Shown here: in pieces, positions 12,986 to 25,159 of the stretch
Numbering within the stretch: position 1 is the stretch's first letter
Layout of the letters: the number at the start of each line of letters is the position of its first letter
From: Lama guanicoe
Taxonomy: Eukaryota
Direction: 5' to 3'
DNA length: 64,000 nt
Assembly: GCA_013239625.1 (NCBI GenBank)
Contig: MU056000.1
Location: 10,987,175 to 11,051,174, forward strand
The notes under the pieces: model-generated
The model's input: the letters and a program-made list of their open reading frames with translations, nothing else
What the model was told of the DNA's origin: nothing
Database searches by the model: none
Position numbers and translations under genes: made by a program

Positions 12986-14065
12986 ACTATTTCTAGAAAA
13001 ACCACTCACCCTACAAACATTAATGAATGATGAATCAATACTCGGTCTAAAGGAAAGCTGGAATTAGTTGACTTCCGTAACACAGCCGTGGAAAAAGTAA
13101 GTGATGGAATTCTGCCCTGGTAGGCATGAGACTGAGACAGGGTGTTAATCCACCATTCCATGGACTATTGGAAAGAATAGGAGTGAAACAGCTGATTAAG
13201 GAAACATTTCTCATTGACTCCACACCACGCATTTTAGCGGGAGTTTGTAAAGTGTGGATCTGACAGCCTCTATAGGAAAAGCATTAACAGACACTGAATG
13301 CCCTTGAGTTGGCCCTGGTCTGATGGGCATTTGACAACTTCTAGACTCTGGGACTTTTTACTGCTTTCTCTTATTTGCCTGTAGCCCAATTTACTTGGTC
13401 ACAACATGTCTAAGTGACAAATAAGGGGAGGCTTTCATTGGGAAACACAAAAATTAAAGGACTTGGAAAATCAAATCATCATGCAACGTGAAGCTATTCC
13501 TCACTTCTTGAGAGATCTAGCTAAAGGCCTTCTGTGCTCTGACCCCAAAGCGTCAACTGCTCTTGGAAGTGGGAAACCTGTTATTGTGGCTCATGGTTGC
13601 TGTTTCCATTTAAAGGGCTCTGACTTGGATGGCAGGGATCCAGAAATTTCCATTGATTAAATGATGCAGAATGACACAGAAAACAAAAAGAAGTGAAACC
13701 TTTGATAAAAATAATTGCTTCTTCTATGTCATCCTGTCCTCTTAATTTTGCAATTCCCTAGCCCCTGCAAAAACAGGGTAGCTGAGAGAGATAAGTAGGC
13801 TGGTGACGCTTATTGTACAGAGATTCCAAATATTTGTTGCCATTGTGGTTTTTCACTAGGAAAAAAGAAGATGAGAAATGTGTCAATACCTTATTGTAGT
13901 AGAGGTTACACTTACAGCTGTTCCCAAGTTGGAATATGACAAACAGTTAATTGAATCAAAATATCCCCAGAACCATGTTTATGTTGGTTTAATGTATGAT
14001 TAGCAGTCAACGGGCTTGAGCTCTAACATCATTAACACTTTAAAAAACAACTGGACAGACTTTGA

Positions 14066-14252
14066 GGGATTAGCGGACTGGGCTGTATTATAAATAGAGG
14101 TTCGCTCGGATTGGGTATTTCGTGCTTCCTCAGACAAACCGGTCCGATTTTCCCATGCCCTCGGCTGGGTCCTATTGAGCAAGGGTGTTGTCAGAGTCAC
14201 TGTGTGTGGGACACTACCGGCAGCTGCTCAGCAGTCATCAGAGCAAGTAAGA
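14066..14252 (+). promoter_or_regulatory. Candidate TATA promoter and first exon
   Basis: GGGATTAG (TAATCC-type homeodomain site) at 14066-14073, TATAAATA at 14089-14096, locally raised CpG, donor CAA|GTAAGA at 14247. Confidence 0.3.
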
Positions 14253-14869
14253 TGCTTATTCATACTTAAAAATAAATACCAAACAGCACAGACCAGATGA
14301 AAGCGGCATTTTGCTGAACAACGGCACAATAGCCGGTGGAATGTTTTCTCCGTTTTGGCGTAGGCTCACTTGGGGGTGGAGAAAACTGAGACTAAAGAAG
14401 TCCAGAAAAAAGATGACAGAGTTGCTGTACGGCAATACGTGCTCTGTACCAGTTTGCTTCAGACCTGTGATATTCAGCTACTAATTCTACAGGGTCAGTG
14501 GCAAATGCGTCATTTGTCTTTCTTTGTCAGCCAATTCTTGGTGCTATCCCCAAATGGCAGCACTGCAACGTCTTAGACTTCAGGTATCCAGTTAGTCTTC
14601 ATCCCTTTTCTGTGTAGGACAGAGCAGTGTTTCACTTTCGAATCCATCGTTTGCTCTTGTTCATGTTCTTACTTGGATTCGTTATGTACAAAATTTCTTC
14701 CCTTTGGTATAACTTCTAGCTGTACCTCTATGTTGCCAAAAGTCAAATAAAACCTTCCTTGCTTGAGACATAGAATGCTGAATGAAGTAATTCATTAGCA
14801 CTTTTTTCTACACAGCTAAAACAGAGATGAAATAGACTGAATTTTTACATTTAAAAATTGCTTTATTGT

Positions 14870-14975
14870 ACATTCGTTCACTCATTCAACAAACATTTAT
14901 TGAGCACCTACTATACAGTATTCCCGTAAAACAGTGTACAACACTGACAACAGTCTTTACCATCATAAAGCTTAT
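14870..14975 (-). mobile_element. LINE-2 3' end
   Basis: cattcgttcactcattcaacaaacatttattgagcacctactat is the canonical L2 3' terminus, antisense. Confidence 0.8.
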
Positions 14976-15044
14976 ATTCTGGTAAATTTTGTTTCCTTAG
15001 CTTTCTCATTGGAAAACAATCAGTGTATCCAGTATTTTCTAGAA

Positions 15045-15110
15045 CAGGGGTCCCCAAACTTTTTCCTGTGAAGAGCCAGATGGTAATTACATTAGGTTTT
15101 GTGGGCCATC
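15045..15110 (+). mobile_element. MER58-type hAT-Charlie 5' fragment
   Basis: caggggtccccaaactttttcctgtgaagagccagatggtaattacattaggttttgtgggccat. Confidence 0.7.
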
Positions 15111-15114
15111 TTTT

Positions 15115-15412
15115 TGACTTGCACAGAGGTTGAGGAAGCAGTGGAACATAGAGGACCCCCTGAGAAGCAGCTGGCCACAAAGGCAGACATTAATGACGCA
15201 AGAGTCCCACCACCCTATGAATTCATCCTACCTCCTCACACCCAGTTCTTTTTAATGTTGGTTAGTCCTCCCTACAAAAGACCATCCCTTGCTGCCTGAA
15301 CTTTGAGATGTTTTGAGATTATATGGTATTGCAACAGCCCCCTCCCCGTATTGCAAACATTTTTTTTTATAGTCCCTCCTTACCTAAATCCAAATTTGTT
15401 TTTTGTTTGACA
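15115..15412 (+). mobile_element. Possible ERV1-class LTR fragment
   Basis: LTR-like layout (TATA-like ctacaaaaga, ttgagatgttttgagat, end in gtttgaca); family not identified. Confidence 0.35.
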
Positions 15413-15428
15413 GGTTGCTGGCTGAAAG

Positions 15429-15437
<9 letters not shown>

Positions 15438-15463
<26 letters not shown>
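15438..15463. repeat. (AG)n microsatellite after an A-tract
   Basis: Directly visible. Confidence 0.9.
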
Positions 15464-15467
<4 letters not shown>

Positions 15468-16289
15468 AAGACCTTTTTTTTCTCAGCTCACAGCTGCAAC
15501 CTCCAGGTTTAACTGACATATCAGTGAGTTCTCTGACTCATGGAAGGGCGGAATCCACTCCAAAGAAACTGGGCCAAGCTGCAAGTAAGACATGAAAATA
15601 TGCCAAAAGCTATCTTCCCTTCGGCTTTATAGACATTAATAACGTGCTGTATTGAGTCTGGTGCAACCACGTTTGTATATTGTTATGATACTTGTTAAGT
15701 TGCAGCATAATTTGGAAACCAGTCATTTTGAGTTTCAAGAAAAAGTAACTGAATATTTTAAGTGTAGACATGACAAGCTCTTTAAAAGCCAAAAATTGTT
15801 GCAGCTTCTCAAATTAGAAATTTAAAAAAAAAAACAGCCATTGAAGAATCCTACAGGTTTTATTTTTATAAGATAAATGTAGATAACAATTGTGTAAAAT
15901 AGACAACAAACCAAAGAACCACAAAACTCTTTGAAGTCCTCAATAATTTTTGAGTATAAAATGCCGTTGAGGTCAAACAGTAAGAGGAAACCACAGCTGT
16001 AAATAAAGCGTGGGTTGACTGTCCCCAGTTCCACTTGGCTGATTTTTTGATAATGAGTCATAAGAAGTCGATCCCTGTCCAGACTTTAAGAAGGGGCGCG
16101 CTGCCTTGGTCTGCATCCTTCTAACTCAGGATGTTGGTTGTCACCTGCCCTAAAGATCTGACCAAAGTTTGCTTGTTTCTTCCTTCCAATACACTATATT
16201 GATATTGTAGGTGTTTTGTCTTTTTTAAAAAATTTAATTATTTCTTCCTTATTGCTTTACTCTTTCTCCCTTTAATTTTTGTCTTTATT

Positions 16290-18270
16290 CTTAGTTCTTT
16301 TATGGCCTCCAAGCAAGCCTTTCTCCTCCCACCCCCGTTCCCACCCTCAGCAACACACCAGTCATGGAGTCTCAGCTGAAGCAGTTTCCTTCTGGGCGAG
16401 TTCAGTGGCAGCATCTTCCATACTGAACAGCTCTGGCAGGTGCGGACCCAGCAGAATTTGCTCCAGGCTGTGACCTCAGCCTCTTCCTCTGGCAACAGTC
16501 GAGGACAGCTGGTGGCATCCAGGGTTATCTTCTGCAAGGTCACCTTCAGGTTTGTCTGCCACAATCTTTCTTGCAAATATGCCGGTGAGAACTTAAATGA
16601 AGCTGAAAGCAAAGACGCAGTGGAGATGCCCAGGCCTCCCGTAGTGGGCAGCAGAGGTGATGATGAAGGAAGGGAAGCGCCAAGAGAGCTCTCAGCGGAC
16701 AAGGTGCACCTCCCTGGACTTTAAAAACATTTCCTCCAAACTCACCAACTGGCTGAAGAGTAACAGGCTGCCAAGGGTGTGTGGAATAGCCAGGCCAGGT
16801 GACTTGGCCCCATTTGGGTGAACCTTGTGTCACCCTCGCTGGTCCTTCCCTCTCCCCATCTCTTCTCAAATTTCTCTTCCGTGTTGTGGGAGCCGGGAGA
16901 TAGGTCTTTCCCCAGGCATCCACTCCTGGGCAGAAGTCTCCCTTCCTCCTTCCCCTAAAGAGGAAATGCAGGAGAGGGAGGCAGGGGTCAGGGCTCCACC
17001 TGATGCTCCAGTTGAACAGAGCATCCTTCCGAAACTAACACATCAATTTATTAGCAAAAAGAAAGGGGAAAATCCATTCCCTCGGCCACGTTCCTCTTTA
17101 CCCCATTGTCAGTCAAGACTGGATCCCTGGGGTTTCCCAGGAAGGGCGCTCCAGCTACAGCCCTCAGATACAGTGTAGTGAGTTCCCCGTCAGTGCCTTG
17201 GCCAGGCCCGCCCTCTCGTCCCCTTGTCCCCTTCAGGCCAACCACCAGAGGTGGGCTTCGTGGGCTTGAGGCCTGGGCAGCTGGGGGCTGGGAGCCATGG
17301 TGTCTGCTCTGGGCTGCTGGGGTGAGGTGGGGGTCACTGCCACTCTTCCCTCCCCAGAGCTGGACCTTCCCTTCCACAAGCTTCTCGGAAACATTTGCTG
17401 CTTTCTCAATAGTGGGTGCCGTCTCTCCCGGAATGTCCCTCCTGGGGCAGAAGGGTGCGGACCCAGGATTGGGAGTAGGGAGGCATTCTAGAGGATGGGC
17501 TCAGCTGTTCCCCTGGTGACAGGGACCCCAGGGAAAGGCCTTGTCTGAGGCCCCTCCCCCCCCACATCCTTTCTCCTTCCCACTGCTTCCCCTTCCTCCG
17601 TCACCAGCACTAATCTGGGCACCAGTTAATTCTGCAGCGGCCGGGGACAGCTTTCCCCCCCAACCCTGCTGTCTCACCTCTTGGCCTTGCCTTCTCTTTC
17701 TGACATTGTCGCCCCTCCACAGGGTGGGCCCATACGTAGCCAAGAGGCTCCAGCTGGCTCACCTTTGTGGCCTTTTGGGAGTGGGCGGCTTTGGGTGCTT
17801 GGCCAGGGGCTGCCTAGCATCTTTTCATTTCCTTCTATACTGATTTTGTTGTTTTTTTTTTTTTCTTGAGAAACTGCTGGAGGGAGTCTTGCACAGAGGT
17901 GGTCCCCCTGGCACCTGAGTTTTGCATTTTTTGGTGATGTGTTTCTTTTTTTATTTTATTGCTACATTCTTTGGGTTTATCATGATCCCCCCCAACTCCC
18001 TGCACTCCCATTATTTGTCATCTCACTCCCAGCCCTTGGGTCCCAGGAAGTGGTCCACCGGCTCTGGCTCAGATCCTCTCTCCCCTCCCTGCCCACCACC
18101 CACCCTAGGAAACAGCCATGTGCCCAAGGGGGAGGAGGGCTTGGCTGGGCTCCCACAGGGTGTGGGAGCACGAGGGAGGGGGTCCACTTCTCACCCCCAG
18201 CCTGCCAGCTCTTGCACTCCGTTTCTCCCCTGGACGAAACAGGTGAAAGGACGCTGTTGGGTGGTGGAGC
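16290..18270. other. Repeat-free GC-rich island of unknown origin with gene-like splice signals
   Basis: Abrupt GC increase after a T-rich tract; + strand acceptors at 17111-17112 and 17721-17722, donor at 17178; U-rich UTR-like tracts at 17842-17980. Confidence 0.45.
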
Positions 18271-18279
18271 TATCCATTA

Positions 18280-19660
18280 TGCTGGCTGGATTTTAGGGCT
18301 GCACGAGGATGCCTGGGAAAGCCAGTTACAGTCCAGGGGAAATGAGATGGCTTGAATTAGAATATCCAAGAAATAGTCAAGAGGGATCTTGGAAGTAGAA
18401 CCGACAGAACTTACTGGCTGCAGAGAGCAGCTGAGCAGGAAGTATCCAGAGTAACTCCCAGGTATCCAGCTAAGGCCGCGGGGCATGTGAGAGGGACCTG
18501 GACAGGCTCAGATTTAGGGGGGGAACCATCGCTCAGTTCAGGACGCGGTGACACTGGGACGATTGCAGATGCCAGCTTATCATTTGGGCTTGTGACACTG
18601 TATGTTGGAGGAGAGGGCAGGGCTGAAGATCTGAAGGTAAAACCGGGAAGCTTCAGCAAGTGAATACTGAAGTCTGGGCAATGACGGAGGTCACCTAATC
18701 AGAGGAGCGGGGGAAAGAGTCTGGACAGAGTCCTGAGAAACTCTGACATTTGACGATAAGGAAAAGAACACTCAGGCCGAGACAGATGGAGTGGAAGGGC
18801 AGGGAGAAAGTTACTTGGGCGGTTTCAGCGGAGTGTGGCTGTCAAAGGGGCAGAGCAGGGGCTGGAGGGATCGAAGGGTCCGTTGGAGAGTGATGCCTGG
18901 GACGGGGCGGGGGCGGGGGGAGGGCGTGCATGAGAGGCTTGGCATTTGAAGGCAGGAGAGGACCTCTCTTTGTTTTGCTAGGAGGAACAAAGAAGATTCT
19001 TCTAGATCAGGGGTCGGCAAACCTTATAAAGGGCCAGAGGGTAAATACTTCAAGCTTTCTGTGCCAGGTGGTCTCTTCAGGAACTTCTTGACGCGCTGTT
19101 ACAGCAGAGGGAGCCTCAGACAATCAGAGAACCAATGAGCGTGATCTGTTCCAAACAGACTTTATTTAGAACGTTGACATTTGAATTTCACATAATTTTC
19201 ACATGCCATGAAATATGACTCACCTTTTTTCTTTTTTCAATTATTTTAAAATGTAAAAACCATTGTAAGCTGGTGGGTCACAGAAAACCAGGCCGGATTT
19301 GGTCACAGGCCATCATGTGCTGAGTCCTGGTCTAGATGCGGGAAAGGAAGGTGGAAATAGTTATCAAAAGTGGGGTGGTGCGTAGAGGTGGGGGGGAGCA
19401 GGGAGTCCTGCTCGCAGAACTCTGTTCTTTCAATGAAGTATGGAGTAAAGTCTTCAGCTGAAATAAATGAATTGCCCAAGGCAGAAATTTCTCGCGGAGG
19501 AGACTGGTTTACAGGAAAAACACAGCAGCATGTGGAGCGGAGTGGAAATCCAACAGAGGCGTAATGGTGTCGACCAAGGGGAGACTTCCCGGAGGCTCTG
19601 CATGGAAGCTGGGTCTAAAGAAGGATCAGAGATTGTTAATTCATTTAAAAAGGGGAACAG
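18280..19660 (-). mobile_element. LINE-2 body, interrupted by MER58B
   Basis: ccagttacagtccaggggaaatgagatggcttgaattag...atcttggaagtagaaccgacagaactt and ggagtaaagtcttcagctga match antisense L2. Confidence 0.65.
19008..19329 (+). mobile_element. MER58B-like hAT-Charlie element, full length
   Basis: caggggtcggcaaac...tgctgagtcctg terminal repeats; 8 bp TSD ttctagat/gtctagat, a typical Charlie target. Confidence 0.88.
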
Positions 19661-20174
19661 ATATTAAAATATCGAAGAGACAAAGAAGCAGCGATGACAT
19701 GCCACCACAGGCCCATTTTCAAATGACAATAACCACATTCTGTAATATCTGTTTTAAGCAAATTGCCTTTTAATGATACTAAAACAGAAACTGACTACAG
19801 TGTAAATGTCCAGACATCCCCAAACAGGCCAAGGGGCTGTAATGCACACACATCTGGTCAGCATCTGGAGTGCTCACGGGACAAAATTCATCAGATTTTC
19901 TCTGCATGCTAAACTTGGATGTAGCCAGAGACATTCATGCTGATTTTGGGTTTGGGCAAATTTGGTCAATTTGGCAACAGGTTCTATAAGGTCTTAAGAG
20001 GAACTCTCATTTATAGTTTTTTGTGGCACCTTGTGTAAACTCTTGGGGTATGATCCTACCTTAAAACAAGTTCAGCCTGCATTCTTTCCAAAGTGGTGCA
20101 AAAAAAGTAAGTCCAACTTTGAATGAGTTGAGTTCAAAGTTCAGAGAGTGATTCACAAGATAGTTTTTTTTCTT

Positions 20175-21130
20175 TAAAAAAATTTTTGAAAATTTTATTG
20201 TGATAAAATACACATAATATAAAATTTATCATCTTAACCTTCCTTCTTTTAAGCCTTTATTTTTGTAAGAGCAACTTTAGATCCACAACAAAACTTAAGA
20301 TGGTACAGAGATTTCCCATTTACCCTCTGCCCTGACAACAGGCTTAGCCTCCCCCATCATCAACATCCCCCACCAGACATTTGGTACAACTGACAAACCT
20401 GCTTTGACACGTCATAATCACCCAAAGTCCATAGTTTATATTACAGTTCAGCCTTGGTCTTGTACATTCTATGGGTTTGGATAAATGTGTGACCACATAT
20501 AGTCACCAATATAGTATCATACAGAGTATTTAAAAATATTTTATTTAACCCGATATATCTGAAATATTGTCAGTGTAACATGTAATTAATATAAAAGTAT
20601 TTTACATTTTTTTTGTCCTATGTCTTTAAAATCTAATGGGTACTTTACATTTACAGTCCATCAAACTGGTCACTAAATTTCAATTGGAAATACTTGATTG
20701 GTATTTAGGTAAAAATTTTAGGTGAAAAAGATTCACATAAGTTGTTTCAAATACACTTAAAACAATACACAAACACACTTAAAAGTTTTCTAGCAGCTGA
20801 ATTGAATGTCGATTTTTAAATGAAAATGAAAAAAATTGCAAAAAAAATAAAAAAGAGGAAGATACAGAGATTTCCCGTATCATCCCGCCCCTCACAAGCA
20901 CAGCCTCCCCCCACATCCCACCCGAAAGTGGGATATTTGTTACAGTTAATGAACTTACACTGATACGTTACAGTCAGCCAAAGTCCACAGTTTGCATTAG
21001 GGTTCACTCCAACTGCTGTACATTCTGCTGGCTTAGATAAATGTCTTACAACATGTGCATCATTATAGTATCTTACAGAGTAATTTCACTGCCCTAAAAA
21101 TCCTCTGTGCTGCATCCTTCCCTAGCCATC
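20175..21130 (-). mobile_element. Old L1 3' UTR fragments (L1MA/L1MB-like)
   Basis: ttattgtgataaaatacacataatataaaatttatcatcttaacc, plus two copies of tacagagatttccc...ccaaagtcca(t/c)agttt at ~20300 and ~20860. Confidence 0.75.
20532..20820. mobile_element. hAT-Charlie fragment (MER33/Charlie5-like)
   Basis: atattttatttaacccgatatatctgaaatatt...catgtaattaatataaaa...aaatacttgattggtatttag...cacttaaaagttttc. Confidence 0.65.
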
Positions 21131-22791
21131 CCTCCTTCTACCCCTGGTTTTCATTTATATTTACATTTCACAATGTCTGTAAGCATTCTAGGTCTCATGA
21201 TACCTTTTGGAAACAACATCCAATTGTGTTCATTTCATGTAAAAGGAATGCAATCTAAACACACCTTTAGGAGGAGATGAAGATTTTTCTTCTTGTATCC
21301 TTTCATGATATGCTTGTTTTACAGCTCGAAGAAAACCTGAATCATTTAGGGAGAGAGCAGAGTTTAGAATTGTTTCTGCCACGTACCTACTATCAAAATA
21401 AATCCTGGCTTGTGCATTTTCCTTAGAGGAAGATCTATTATTGTCTCATTTTTATAATGAACTGGTTTTCAGTCCTTTTTTTTTTAAACAGATAAAGCTG
21501 CTAATAGCCTCAGGCTTTATAGAATTTCCACTGCAAAATGTCTACAATAAATCAGATTCCTTCACTCAGAGTGCACAGCCTCTGAGTGGCTGATGCTGGC
21601 AGGTTGGATGTCATGGGCGGCAGGTCAGAGTTCCTGGGATTAGAAGGAAGTAGTAATTAGGAACCCGAGTGAGTCTCCATACTTCCTCACTTTAGACCCC
21701 TTTGACCAACCATGTGAACAAAAGGGAGGGAAGATCTTTCACCTTTCTTTAAACTTTGTTTTAGCTATACTGAATATTAAAACAAATTAAAATAAATAAA
21801 GGAAATTAAAATAAAGACACTGGATTTTCCATGAGTACAGATGATGAAGCTGTATTCAAAGAGCTCTGTTGACTCTCCCCAGGCGTCCTCAGAAGACTAG
21901 GGGTCACATGGGATGAAAATGGGAATTCGTTATATCCTAAACTGGTCTCAGACCCCCAGACAGATGGCTTCTCAGTGAGAAAACCCAACAGGATTTTGAC
22001 AAATGTCTTTGTTTTACATCTTCTGAACGCTGCAGTGTTAGAATAGCTTTTGTGCTCATTTTTATTTCTGGCAAAGAGAAACTGGTTTGGCCAAAGAGTT
22101 ATTTAGGAGGGCACTGGCATCTTCTTAGGTATAGGATTTGCCTTTTAGCCCAAGCTAAATAAAGTCAGATAATTATGGTTTGGAGGTTCTCTTCCAGGAG
22201 ACAAATCAATATTTTTTTAAAAGCAACATGTAGGCTCTAGTTATTAAAAGATTTGTTCAAGAACATTCATATTCCATAACCTCATGTCAGAAAAATTCAA
22301 GCAGTAAGACATCTAAAGAGTGGGGTTTTTTGCAGTTTTACTCTTTTCCTTGTTAGCACTTCATAAAAAGTGACAAACCAAATATCCTTTGGCCTTCTTG
22401 CATTTACTTCAAACCCTGCCTTACAGTGTTTTTTCCCTTTAGATGAGCTCTCATTTATATTTTCTACCTCTCTGAATTTAAGAGTATTTGAAACCTACTT
22501 TCCTGGTGAGATACATCGTTAGCCTTTAAAAATAAAGGAAGACTTTATTTTTAGTGATTTTTCAGATATTGTACATAAGGCCAAAGAATCACAACACTTT
22601 CCATACTTTTCTGCACATCACACGTGAATACTGAGGCTACGGGTTTTCTTAATTTGACAACCTTAACACCAAGAAAACATTAATTTACATTTTAAGGATC
22701 AATAAACTAAATTTGGCAGGAAATAAGGTTTTACTTTTATACAAAGTCCATTGGGAGCAAAGACATAGCTTAAAGCTATCTTGAAAATAGC

Positions 22792-22794
<3 letters not shown>

Positions 22795-22832
<38 letters not shown>
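22795..22832. repeat. Perfect (TG)19 microsatellite
   Basis: Directly visible. Confidence 0.97.
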
Positions 22833-22836
<4 letters not shown>

Positions 22837-24879
22837 GCTGCGGTGTGAAGGGAGAGATGGTGGTAAAATACCCTTACAGGGTTTTACTTTACATTTACTT
22901 TACATTTCCAACACTTGCCATGCACTCCATCAAGAGTGAAATAAGTCATTCTTTCTAATTTAAAGGTAGAATAATCTGTTTCCCTGTATAATTGGATGTT
23001 ACGGGATTTTTAGTGGTTTGGACCAAATGAAAAATACAATTAAACTTTTACTTGGACAGGGGAGATTTTTGTTTGTGATAGGAAAGAAGGCAAAGGAAAG
23101 TCATACTATTTTACTTTTAATAAACCCACTAGAAAATGATAGAAGGATTGTAACTTCCTCCAAACACAAGGATGGTAGCAATTCTTTGCTGTTCTCACGC
23201 AAGTCAAAGCCAACGCCCGTAGGGGCAACTTTGCATAAGGAGGTGAAATATTTTATACCAGAAGGAAACCACTTTGAGCGTTTCCATATTTTGTTGCTAT
23301 AGGATGCTTTTTCTTTTCTTTTCTTTTCTTTTCTTTTTTTCATAAAGACTGTTTTTCTTGGTTGTTCAGCCAAACTTCCAACCAGGCACGTTTAGCATCC
23401 ATGCTGAAAAATGATTTTTTTTTTCCCCCAAAACTGAAAGGTTTAGCTGAGCTGGATATCCTGATTTTTGATAAGGCAGTCCCAGTGAGGATGGCCATGT
23501 TGTTTTTTGCAGATAATTTCTCACTTTCATGTTTCTTTTGGCAGCCCAAGATCCAACCGGGCTGTTGCCTGCAAAGCACCGCAGGGGCTGTGAAGAAACA
23601 CAGGCTTTGGCACTCTTTGGGAGATTCCCTGGTGTTGGGAATTCTTCAGGCAACAATATTACAATCCTGACTTTTGAACTGTGCATCTGGCAAAGGATTT
23701 TCCATTCTCTTCTCAAGCAGAGAAATCCAAGATAATGATAGAAACTACAGGAACACCAGAGAGGAAATAAAAAATGATGATAGTGTTTTAACTTGAGGGC
23801 GCACTTCTGTATTTGAGCTTTAGTCTCCTGAAAGCGTATATAAAAAGATAGCCCCTCTATCTATTTTGTTTAAACCAAAGAATAAAAATAGTTTGTATTT
23901 ACTATTGATATCTCTACTCTGAGAAATCATTCACTAGAAAAAGCAGAAATCATTATGTTAAATGTTGCCTAAATGAGAAAGATATTACTTTGACATATTG
24001 ACACATGATGTAGTTAGTGAATTTAACATTTATCAATAAAATAAATAAACGTTAAGTTCCATGAGAGGAAGCTCTTAAACTATTTTATTCCTGTTGTAAC
24101 CTTAGCACATGAAACACTATCTGATGCATGGAAAGCTTTCGATAAGTATTTTAGTATAGAAACAAACAAGTGAATATTGAGATTGGCTTTGCATAAAAAG
24201 AAGAGATTCACAAGCCCCAAACTTTTTTTTATTATTATCTTACTCTTGATATAACAATAATTAATTTGCTATTATTGCTGTATTTTATTTAGTAGATGAT
24301 CTTTCCTTTTTGCTCTTCTTTTCTTACCATTTTTCTGTTCTGCTTTGATGTTCTGCGATGGTTTTTCCCCAGGCCATGTCAATACTCACAGTGAACAGGA
24401 ATCTTTGACTTGCTTAAGCCAACTTCTGGGTTTTAGGGGGGGTTAATTTTTTTTTTCTGTCTATTTTCTGATCAAGCAATGACTTTTCTATTTCGAGGTT
24501 GCTCTTCGGAGACCTTACATATTTCTAAATTTGCCATCATGCTCATTTTAATCTGCTTTCTTAATTCTGATCATTTTATTTTCAACTTTTAAATAATTTT
24601 CCCTCAATTCTCACTAGCAGAAATAAATATCACTAATATCCAAGCTTGTTACTTCTGTTTTAGGACAAATGAGAGAATTTCTCCATAAGTAAAAAGCATA
24701 CTCTTCCTTTTCTTTTTAATTCAATTAGTAATTTATTGTGATGTGAACATCTCAAATAATTCATGCTCTTTTCCACCTCTTTCTTTGTCCTAATTTGTAA
24801 ATGCTTGTTTCAGCAAATGTACTTTTGTGATTATGATACTCTCATAAATCTCTTCTTATCCAGTATTTCTTTATATGAA

Positions 24880-25135
24880 AAAGCTTTACTGAGATACAAT
24901 TTATATAAAATAAACTGAACTACTTAAACTGTACACTTGTGTTTGAAATACAGTCAAGATAACGAACACACCCATCACCCTTGAAAGTTTTCTGATGACC
25001 TTCTGCAGTCTCCTCACTGGGCCCCTTCCGACACCTTTAATCGTGTCCCCAGGTAACCACTGATCTGCTTTCTGTCACTACAGATTAGTTTACACTTACT
25101 AGAATTTTATGTAAATGGAATAACAGTGCCTGTAC
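24880..25135 (-). mobile_element. Old L1 3' end (L1M-type)
   Basis: agctttactgagatacaatttatataaaataaact...ccccaggtaaccactgatctgctttctgtcactacagattag. Confidence 0.8.
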
Positions 25136-25159
25136 TGTCAATAGAAAATTTTAAAGTAC

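Noticed and set aside
14391..14463. Minus-strand internal exon (cacag|...|gtgag)
   Set aside because: Weak polypyrimidine tract, no partner exons and no recognisable peptide.
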